Below are positions 42,951-59,701 of a stretch of DNA of 64,000 nt, piece by piece. The position numbers and the translations under genes were made by a program. Under the pieces are notes generated by a model that did not search any database, was not told the origin of the DNA, and saw only the letters and a list, made by a program, of their open reading frames with translations. Origin of the DNA: Paraspadella gotoi (lineage: Eukaryota > Animalia > Chaetognatha); NCBI GenBank assembly GCA_051294375.1, contig CM119264.1, positions 24,034,002-24,098,001 of the forward strand, given 5' to 3'. Numbering within the stretch: the stretch's first letter is position 1; every line of letters begins with the position of its first letter.

Positions 42951-43351
42951 TTGCACGAGTTTAAGGAACTATTATTTTAGTCCAAGATTATTATAACATG
43001 TAAGATTAATGAAAGAGTTATTTTAATTATTCTCTTATTCTTTAACTCAATCGAACTTGGTCTAAACTAATAAAAAAAACCCGATAAATTACAATGAAAA
43101 TCATCGTTAAAATATGACACATTTAAGATAAAAAAAATCACTTTTATAGAGGTTTTAAAAATGAAAGAATCTCCGCATAGGATCAACAACGAAAAAAAGT
43201 AGCGCAGGTATATACTGGTATATAGTTATGAGGTTGTAGGGCAAAAAAAAAGAGCAATAAAAGACGCGTAAAATTAATTGACGACGACGTTATTTCAATC
43301 TTCCATTTCAATCTTCCATATCGTCTCTTCCCCAGTCCAGTAAAAGATTAA

Positions 43352-46300
43352 TTAACCGCAAGCGGACGTCCTGAAACTCGTGACCCCATGAAACTCCTTC
43401 ATCCGCTTCTCAATCTCTGGGCGGAAGTGGCGAATGAGGCCCTGCACCGGCCAGGCCGCGGCGTCGCCGAGAGCGCAGATGGTGTGGCCTTCGATCTGCT
43501 TAGTCAACTCCCACAGGGAATCGATCTCGTCCGGGTGGCCGTCACCGATCACAAAGCGGTCTAGCACTTTGAGGAGCCAGCCGCAACCCTCTCTGCGTCA
43601 AAAAGAAAAAAAACCAGACCAAGTTTTTAAGTGAACCATAGTCACGGTATTATTTATTTCTTTTTATAACTGAACATTTTCTTTAAATTAATATAAACAA
43701 ATAACAACAGACCCACAGACCGAAAAGTGTCTAAAAAAACAGTTTTTCTTGCATTAGAATAAGACAAAAGCGCTGGTGGAACCTGCAAGGAGTGCACTGG
43801 CCGCAGGACTCGTGGGCGTAAAAGACCGCCAGTCTCGCGATGGCTTTTATGATGTCGGTTCTTTTGTCCATCACGATCACAGCGGCTGTGCCTGCAAATA
43901 CGAGGAAGTAAAAATATGTACCATGTATATGCATATTATTATATTCAATATGCAATATTTTTAAATTTATTTTCGTTTAATTAATAATTGATTTAACTAA
44001 TCAAGTCATGCTCTCGCTGTGCCCCCTACCCAATCCCGATTCGACTTCGACAAGCCCGTCGAAATCCATGATGGCACTCTCGCAGATGTGCTTGGGGATG
44101 ACAGGAACGGAGGACCCGCCCGGAATGATCCCCAACAGGTTGTCCCAGCCGCCGCGGATGCCGCCGCAATGGCGTTCTAGCATCTCGCGAAGCGGCATGG
44201 ACATCTCCTCCTCGAAGGTACAGGGTTTGTTAACATGGCCGGAGACGCAAAAGAGTTTTGTTCCGTTGTTTCTTTAAATATAAGGTAAGAAATGTATGTA
44301 ATTAAAAACACAAGGACCGAAAAAAAATCCACAACTACCGGCGCCCTCACCTGGGTCTGCCCAAGCTCCCGAACCAATCGCCGCCCCGCCGACAGATTGA
44401 TGGTGCGACTGCGACGGTTTCCACGTTGGCGACGGTGGTCGGGCAGCCGAAGACGCCGATGTCGGCAGGAAACGGAGGCTTCAGACGAGGTTTCCCCTGT
44501 TTGCCTTCGATAGACTCGATAAGGGCAGTTTCCTGAAAGTCATTTTCTTTTTTTTTTTCCACTTATTTCCAAGCAGTTTGTATCTAGATCGACTTCATTC
44601 AATTTCACCAAAACTCTTAAAACCTTACCTCCCCACAGATGTACGCGCCTGCTCCGCGATGGAGATAAACGTCAAAGTCGTACCCGCTGCCGCATGCATT
44701 TTTTCCAATGAGTCCGGCGCGGTAGGCTTCGGCGATGGCAACTTGGAGGTTGGTGCCCTCGTGGTAAAACTCGCCTGATGGAATCAATTTACAATAACAC
44801 TTCTTTAATCTCATTTGCATATAACGGGAACGTGATTATGGATTACTCAGTACCCCCAGAAAAAAATATTTTGCTCGCCTCGAATGTAAATGTAGGCGGC
44901 GCGGGCGTTCATAGATCTTCCAGCGATGAGGCACCCTTCCACGAGTGTGTGCGGGTCGTGCCTCATGATTTCGCGGTCCTTACAGGTTCCGGGCTCGCCC
45001 TCGTCCGCGTTAACGACGAGATATTTTGGCCGACCGTCTCCTGGCTTGTTCATGAAGGACCACTTGAGTCCAGAGGGAAAGCCGGCTCCGCCGCGGCCGC
45101 GAAGTCCCGACTTCTTGACCTCCTCAAGAATCCATTCGTGACCTTTGAGGACGATCTCTTTGGTCTTGTACCAATTGCCACGCTGAGTGGTAGGAAACGA
45201 TTAAAAAACGTATAGAATGGGATCATGATGAAATTATATTATCTTCACAGGTCATGTTCGACAGGGAGTACCGAGACGGCGCACTCAGAGACGTTTGGGT
45301 AGAACCTTCGAGACTTTTTTCTTTATTCTCTCTTAGTCAAAGAGAAGCGCGAAAAGCAGACTTCTCTTCATAATTGATTTGAGCGAGATAACAACAATAA
45401 CAGTCCTCCAACACTACCTTCAACGCCCCCTTGAGGCGCCAATCGTGTCGGCCATAGACGTTGGTGAAGATGCGGTCCTCGTCTTTGAGATTTCCGTAGC
45501 AGATGAGACGAACACAGGAAAGAGAAGGCAGAGAGAAACGACGAAGGGCTGGGGAAATTAAAAAGACGGTCGCCGGTCAGTCGCGATTTATCAGTAAGGC
45601 CTTGAAAAACAACCATTATGGCAACAGCCGGGTTGCCTGTGATGCCCATTGGGATGGGGCATCTCACTGTTGGCTTTGGGGGCTTCCGACCCTCAGTGAC
45701 GCCTCCAGTCACTGGCGCGGTTACCCTAGGACGGTCTCGCTTTGCCAACGCAGAGGGAAGTCATTAGGACTGTGGATGGAACACTACGCCTGGGATGGTG
45801 TGTTCCCCCTCTGAGCCAATGGATTTGGCTGACGGATGGTGGACGTGAGGCGGTGTGAATATACCGCCACAGGATCCCCGGGCCAAGACATCACTCAGGT
45901 TCCTCAAGCCTGAGAGGTGTCTGACAAGACTGTTACCATAGTGGGAGAGAGAGAGAGAGCGCGAGTTGTGGGGCATAGGCGTTTGTCGTAGCGTACCCCA
46001 GGGGCATAGGCGTTTTGTCGTAGCGTACCCGAAGTCGGCAGGGCATAGGCGTTTGTCGTAGCGTACCCTGAGAAGGTTGCGTGTTCGATAGTAGGGCTCA
46101 CCACTTATGGCAACAGCCGGGTTGCCTGTGATGCCCATTGGGATGGGGCATCTCACTGTTGGCTTTGGGGGCTTCCGACCCTCAGTGACGCCTCCAGTCA
46201 CTGGCGCGGTTACCCTAGGACGGTCTCGCTTTGCCAACGCAGAGGGAAGTCATTAGGACTGTGGATGGAACACTACGCCTGGGATGGTGTGTTCCCCCTC

Positions 46301-46496
46301 TGAGCCAATGGATTTGGCTGACGGATGGTGGACGTGAGGCGGTGTGAATATACCGCCACACCATCCTATTTTTTACGAAATGGGCGAGGGGGGGAGCTAA
46401 TTATAACTTACGCCACCGCAGATATTAAAACGAAACTCATTATTCACCCGCACGTCTTGCGCCATCGAAAAGGAGACGACGAGCCGCGACGTCCAT
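43352..46496 (-). CDS. NDUFV1: NADH dehydrogenase flavoprotein 1 (complex I 51-kDa subunit; multi-exon)
   Basis: [66 protein letters not shown]; first exon [16 protein letters not shown]. Confidence 0.97.
45669..45749 (-). ncRNA. Putative type-P5 twister ribozyme in the 3' LTR
   Basis: GUUGGC-AAA-GCGA-GA-CCG-UCCUAGGG-U^AA-CCGC-GCC-AGUGAC(UGGAGGC)GUCACU-GAGGG-UCGGAAGC-CCCC-AAA-GCCAAC; predicted cut 45723/45722. Confidence 0.75.
45969..46069. repeat. Three ~28-bp tandem repeats inside the LTR element
   Basis: GGGCATAGGCGTTT(T)GTCGTAGCGTACCC x3 with short linkers. Confidence 0.9.
46158..46238 (-). ncRNA. Putative type-P5 twister ribozyme in the 5' LTR
   Basis: Identical to 45669-45749; predicted cut 46212/46211. 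Confidence 0.75.
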
Positions 46497-46840
46497 TCCG
46501 ATGAGGATCTACGCCTAAAATATTATTTCAAAGATACTCTGAAAAAATAAAAGTTTCATATAAATGTTTATGCCGGTGGAGAGATTTTTTTTGTTTGATA
46601 AATTCGTTTAACGATAAAAAATTTTCAACGATAACGACAACAAAATTTTTATTAAACATAACAGGAAAGTCGTAAAAAAAGTTGGAATATCAAAGATAAA
46701 CTTTAAAAAAATATATAACTCGGACGAAAAAACCCAACGATAAAGAGAAACTGGTTTCGCTTGGTGTCTTGGAGTAAAAAGATGTTATGACTGTCTCTTT
46801 TGTTTGCGCAGAAAAAAGAAGTATTTCTAGTGCTACATCC

Positions 46841-51891
<5,051 letters not shown>

Positions 51892-52060
51892 CGTTTGTTG
51901 TTCAATAGGGACCCAGGGGTGGATAGAAAACTAAAAAACAACTGCGCTGAAAAGTCAAATATAAATTTATCGAGAAAGATAAAAGGTGAGTGAGGGCGAT
52001 GGGATAACGATAAACCAAGGCAAAATCAACGTAAAAATGTGTGTTTTAAGTATATTTCTG

Positions 52061-54044
<1,984 letters not shown>

Positions 54045-54093
54045 TTTTTCGGTTTTGTTTTAAAGATTGCGTATTGCGTAATTAAATTTTTAA

Positions 54094-54671
54094 TCAGACT
54101 TTATGCAATTTGTTGGCCGCGCGTCGTTCGAACTCTTCCAGTTCGTCCTGCAAAAAAAAAAAAATGGTTAACCGTAAAAATTTTCTCTCTTCTTATTTCG
54201 ATTTCTTTACCCACCGAAGGAACTAATTTATCAGAGTTGATGGGTTGCGTCTCTTTGTCGTGCTTCGTTCCTTCCATCAACATTCGCGAAATCATTGCCT
54301 GGCGAATCAGCTGGAGTTCACGTTCCTATTAAAATAACCCTCGACAATGGTTGGTTAGTTGTTCTAAAAAAATTAGTTAAAACTGAAGTCCCCGACCAGG
54401 CAAATTCGGTCAGAGAATCGAACCCCACCTGTTGTCGCCTTGCGAACTTGCAGCGAAGAAATTCAACATTGAGGAGCGTCACCCCAGAAAAGAATCCGAC
54501 ATCGACGCTTCGCTTTCCTCGCGAAGTGAAGACGAAGAATCCGGCCCCGAGAAGGAATCCGCCGGCAATGGCGGCGATGAGCGAGTCGCGGAGGCAAGGG
54601 ATAGAGGCGATCTTTCGCCCGATCATAGAGGAAAAACCAGCGTCGTCGTCGTCGCCGGAAGCAGTCGACAT
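54094..54671 (-). CDS. COX20: Cytochrome c oxidase assembly factor COX20-like (3 exons)
   Basis: IPCLRDSLIAAIAGGFLLG...FFSGVTLLNVEFLRCKFARRQQ (Cys-flanked two-TM pattern), |AMISRMLMEGT, ends ...KLHKV*. Confidence 0.75.
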
Positions 54672-54979
54672 TGCGCTATAAAGTGAACAGAATAAAAGAA
54701 AATTAAAAAGGATGAGAAAAAATAAATGAAAGTAAAATTGGCACAGTGGCTCGACTTGACACATGACATGACAATTCACCTCGGGAGTGGAAGATTTTCA
54801 GCCCCTTCTCCATTTATAGTTTCTGCGAGAAATGAACGTGTCAAAGCAGCAGGAGTGAAGTGTTGGGTAATGAAAAACAAACATCGATGGTATAGTTAAG
54901 TTAAGTTGAAGAACGTGAAAAATGACGACGATATAAATTATATATATATCACAAAACGCAGGGAAAAAAAATGAAGAGT

Positions 54980-57208
54980 TTAAAATCTTTTCAGTCTCTG
55001 CTGCGCCTTAAGGCGATTGATGAGATCCGAGGGGAATTGTTTGAGATAAGAAAAGACGGCGCGCGAGGGACGATCAGGGTGAGGCGTTGGATCCGTCTCC
55101 TCCGGTCGAACGCGTCCGTTCTCCGACGTTCTGTTCGGTCGCGTCAAATGGACGGTCTTTTTTGTCAACTCCACGTTGCGGACGCCGCCAAAGAATTCCG
55201 TCACCTTAACCTGGTCGACGGAAATACAAATTACTTGTTCAAGTACTTCTTTTTGAATCGCTAAATACGAGACCATCCCTGGTCCTTGAAAAGAATTTTG
55301 GAATATTCCTTCAAAACAAATGACCCATAAGCCAACCAAAGGACCGCGCCCCTGCAAACCACCGACCTTCTTAGTATTCTTCGGGTAAAGATCCTTGCGA
55401 ACCCCCACCGTAGAGATGCACTTTTGTTTAGGGCAACACTGAAAAGAACAAAATGCATGATGACAACGACGACGATACAAAGAAGCAATACTAAATGGTT
55501 ATCTACGCCCAAGACGGGCTTAAGTCCGTCTGGCGAGATAAAAAACGTTGCTCTTCCGGTCATTCTTCCTTTTCATCTTGGTCCTACAACCAACCTTGAA
55601 GAGCTCAGCCATAGAGGTGGCGCTGTTGGGAGAGACCTTCTCGAGAAAGTCAAGGAGGTAGTAAGTGAATCTGTCGATAATGTAGACGCCAATGTTGGGG
55701 TCCACATGGTGGGAGAGGCTATCCTCGCCGACCTGCAGGAAAAAAACAATAGGTCGTTAACAGCACAAAGTCCAGAAGCGATGTACTCGCCTGACTCGAG
55801 CCGATGGCAATGATGTTGGGCGAATAAAACTCGTGGTACAACGAAACGGCTTGGCAAGTGTCCACTATGAAGAGGAGCTCGTGGTAGCGCCGCTTCTGCC
55901 ACATCTGCGTAAAAGATGCATAAATTCTAGGTTAGCGATGATTATCACGTATCTTCATAAATTTTCAAACAGAGATGGAGCAAGATTGCTGAATACTGCT
56001 GTATATCACTTTCTACATAAACAGTATACTCTACCGAACCTGTTCAAAGGCGTCCGCGAGTTCGGTATTGACGACCTCCTCCGCGTCCTGGAATTTGAGA
56101 AATCCCTCGCCGCCGTGACCGGTCAAGTAGACGAGTACGTTGCTCCTGAAGGCCAAGTGAGGGGGAAATCTAAGAAAAAGGTCGTCGCGGATCTCAAGAT
56201 AATTGAAGACTCGCCTGTCGTCTGACAACAGGCGCTTGGATCTGGTGACGCTGGGATCCAGCCTCCCGGTTAGGACGCGAATGAAGTTTTCCACGGTCAC
56301 CTACGATCGACGAAATTGAAAGGTTCAGCAAATTCTGCCACTCTCTTCAACGTCAATTATATTTCTTCGTCGCACCTCGTATCCTCGGTAGTCGACTTCG
56401 ACGTCGTCGCCATAGACATTGATATGTTGGTGGGCGTTGTTGTAGACGGTGGCGGGTTTGACGTTACGGGCGTTGCAAGCCATGTCGTCCGCCAACATCA
56501 GGATGATGTGGGAGTCCGGGATTCCTAGGCGTTTGATGCTGGAAGATAGAGAAGGGCGATTCAGGGTCACAATGTAAATCACAGGGTTGAAGAGACAGTT
56601 ATTTTTGTTATGGGATAGTGACAGAACCGTTCAATATAAGCAGTCCCTGAGCTTCGGATCAGGCTGTAACACCATGTTACAGGCGGGTTAAGCGCCCCGT
56701 CCCTCTTCACTGCTAGGCGACCACCGGGCTAGAACCCCAGACCTTTGGGTTGGGAGGCAAATGACTAGCCTCTGGCACCAATGGCCGCTGATGAACGGTT
56801 GGTGGATTTTAGTCCACCAGAGGGTTGGCAATTTTTTACCTGCGGTAAACGGAGAGCGCATTGGCGACGTGTCTATAATTGAACCAGAACCTGAAAATAT
56901 GAAAATGCTAACGCTATTTAATCTTAAAACAATTTTACTAAAGTACGTAAGAAAGCGGCAATTCTTGTATTTTTTTGTAGGTCGGGTGTTTAACAAAAGC
57001 AACTTAAACATCAAACAGTAAAATTATTAATCAGCACTCATGCGATTTCGCACCTGGACGTGTCGACGATGACGGCCCAATTGTTTGTGTGGCCGCTGCT
57101 GAAAAACTCTTCTGCTTTCTTAGAGGCCGATGACGACGTCGAACTGACAAAAACAGATGTCGTCGACGCAACAAGAAATAGAAACGTTCGCCAATTTCCG
57201 AGACTCAT
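54980..57208 (-). CDS. PIGK: GPI-anchor transamidase catalytic subunit GPI8 (multi-exon)
   Basis: [13 protein letters not shown]|[42 protein letters not shown] (catalytic His), DTCQA (catalytic Cys). Confidence 0.96.
55440..55546 (+). mobile_element. Helitron/Helentron-like 3'-hairpin element (PIGK intron)
   Basis: GACGACGA, AAGAAGCAATA, hairpin CGCCCAAGACGGGCTTAAGTCCGTCTGGCG followed by AGATAAAAA. Confidence 0.55.
56587..56819 (-). mobile_element. tRNA-derived SINE-like element, copy 2 (PIGK intron)
   Basis: Reverse-complement homologue of 13633-13862 over its full length. Confidence 0.75.
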
Positions 57209-57407
57209 GATTACAAACTCAAATTTATTTTCTGGAAAATTATGTAAATAAAAGGAAAAACAGATCGTAGAATAATAGAAATATACTGTGTATAAAAAAC
57301 CAACTCGTGAAAAAATATCACAGCCCATAATTTTATACATAACGAGAAAATCTCAGTAAAAAGAAGAGCATTTCTAAAATTCGTTTTCAAAATATTTAGG
57401 ATAATTC

Positions 57408-57646
57408 TGTCAAACACGTCCATCATCGTTAAGCCAATCCCATTGGCTCAGAGGGGGAACACACCATCCCAGGCGTTGTGTTCCATCCACAGTCCTTATG
57501 ACTTTCCTCTGCTTTGGCAAAGCGAGACCGTCCTCGGGTAACCGCGCCAGTGACTGGAGGCGTCACTGAGGGTCGGAAGCCCCCAAAGCCAACAGTGAGA
57601 TGCCCCCATCGCAATGGGCAACACAGGCAACCCGGCTGTTGCCATA
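57408..57646 (+). mobile_element. Solo LTR of the twister-bearing element (RhoGAP-PIGK spacer)
   Basis: TGT...GCCATA flanked by TSD ATTC (57404-57407 / 57647-57650); short deletion near the 5' end. Confidence 0.85.
57513..57593 (+). ncRNA. Putative type-P5 twister ribozyme in the solo LTR
   Basis: Core matches the 45669 copy except the P1 loop (UCCUCGGG) and the first P5 base; predicted cut 57539/57540. Confidence 0.7.
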
Positions 57647-57857
57647 ATTCAATGTTAATATCCTCGGAGATGACACGGCCACTTTTAATCATAATTACAC
57701 AAAGAAAATCAGCAAATTGACCATGTCTTAGAAATAGGTCATGCAGCAAAAAGCACCAAGGTTGGAGAAGCAATAGAACAGAGTATTCGTTTTGTCACAG
57801 AAATAATAGAAACATGTCAGAATATATAAATAAATAATATAGAAAGATAAATATATT

Positions 57858-59507
57858 TCATTTTCGATTCTGGTTTGAAGCTTTAAATGAGGTTGATCTG
57901 GAAACTCCAGTATTCCCAATTGGCTGACCAACTGGCTGACTGGCAGGCTGACAAACAGACTGACCAGCAATCTGACAAACAGGCAAACCGACAGGGAGCC
58001 CAACAGACTGCCCGAGTTCCGCATCTCCATTGAATTTTTGCGCCTCGACCGGCGTCTTCGTATAGGGTGGAAGAGCATCACCGGACGGCGGTGGCGGAGG
58101 CGGCAAAATCTGAGGACGAGCGGGTGCAGCAGAATGCGTCTTTTTTGGAACAGAGGTTGACGAAAGACTGGATTTCTGATTTTGGCTATTGCTTGTGAGG
58201 GTGTCACAAGACACGGATATTTCCAAGGGATCTTGGTTGGTCAAGGTGGGTTTTGGACTTATCACGGGTTTCTAATTGAGGAAAAACTATTAATGGTCAA
58301 TAGGATTATCATTATACTGTTTATTCTTACGAAGTTATCTCAAACCTGCGGTTTCTCCTCGACTGGATCGTCTATATCCTCGTAGTCATCGTCGAAACCT
58401 TCCATTATCGGCGTCGTAATCGTTGTCTCCGTCAAAGTCACCACTGGCGTCATAGTTCCCTTCGAACTCAATAGCGTCGACATGTAAGGCTCGTCCTTCG
58501 TCGGCGTCGTCGTTGTAGACATCTTCACGTCCTCCTCGTCACTGGACGAGGTTTTGCTCCGAGACTTTGATTTAACCGGCAGTGTTGGCGGCGGCGGCGA
58601 CCAAGTCGGCATCGGCGGCGCAAAACCGGTAGGCGGCGTCTTGGCCCGTGAGCTAGTGGGCGGTGGGGGCGGCGCATTGCGAGGGGATGCACGAAGAGTC
58701 CGACGCTCGGCGGAACGAGAGACGGGATTACAGAAAGCCGGAACCTAGAAGAAATTATAGTATTTCTATATTTTTTAAAGTGAACTAACTTACACGCCAA
58801 ATTCGTCGCAGACCTCGTCATCTTCCTTCTCGTCGATAGCGTCCAGACTGTCATTGGAAGACCAATACTTCGAAGAAGGAATGATTTCGACAGGGGCGGC
58901 GGCTGCGTAGGCGGCGGCCGGTGGGGGAGCGAGAACGGGCGGTGACGCTGAGGCGGCGTCAGTGACGGAGAGATAACGCAGCAGCTGACGCGGATGAAAC
59001 TTAAAGCCGTCGAAGAGCTTCACGTGGTTCGAGATGAGCGTTTCCACGAGAACGTTCTTGGCGTGGGCGTCTTGCAAAGCGGAGGTGTCCGGGCGCTCCG
59101 GCCTGAGGGGGATGGGAGGATTTGGAAATGATATTAGAGAATAGGGGGAAGGTTAGCCAAAAGTCATTAATCTGTCAATCAAAAAAGTGATGAAAATAAG
59201 GCTAATTATTACCACAACAAATTGGCCCCCATGACGATGCCGACGTTGGCCGGGGTCATCTTGCTGACAGCACTGTGCCGCGTCATCTCGTGGAAAAAAG
59301 AGATGAGGTAGCGAAGGTTGACGTAGTTCTCTTCCGGAAGGCGTTCGAGGAGGTGGAGGAGGCGGTCGAGTGGCGGTGGCGACTTTCGAGATTTGGAGGT
59401 GGACTGTGAAGAGAGATCCTTCGCCGCCATGATCCAAAGGTCGTAGAGCTGAGATTGTAAAAGAAGAAAGCGATAGGACCTCTTTCTTTTGTTTTCTTTC
59501 TCTCTCT

Positions 59508-59558
<51 letters not shown>

Positions 59559-59658
59559 AAAGGTCGTATAGGCCGCGGAGTGTGTGCCCATGACCGTATC
59601 CGTGTATTCATTCATTCATTCATTCATTCATTCATTCATTCACACACTCTCGTCGTCT

Positions 59659-59701
<43 letters not shown>

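Larger units (their letters stand above)
45617..46360 (-). mobile_element. Complete 744-bp non-autonomous LTR element (TRIM/retrozyme-like) in NDUFV1 intron 1
   Basis: Two 255-bp direct repeats identical by eye (45617-45871, 46106-46360), termini TGTGGC...GCCATA on the minus strand, TSD CCAT (45613-45616 / 46361-46364), PBS-like TGGTGAGCCC 2 nt after the 5' LTR, 234-bp non-coding interior. Confidence 0.92.

Noticed and set aside
45969-46069. CRISPR-like array
   Set aside because: Only three repeats with linkers of about 3-10 nt, eukaryotic context, no cas genes
45368-46237. Repeated ORFs '[16 protein letters not shown]...' (also at 18126 and 57514) as a small protein family
   Set aside because: They start at TTG inside the LTR, run into unrelated flanks and differ in length; they are by-products of the GC-rich repeat
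54780-54813. Upstream coding exon for COX20 (MEKGLKIFHSR)
   Set aside because: Splice phase is incompatible with the COX20 frame; at most a UTR exon
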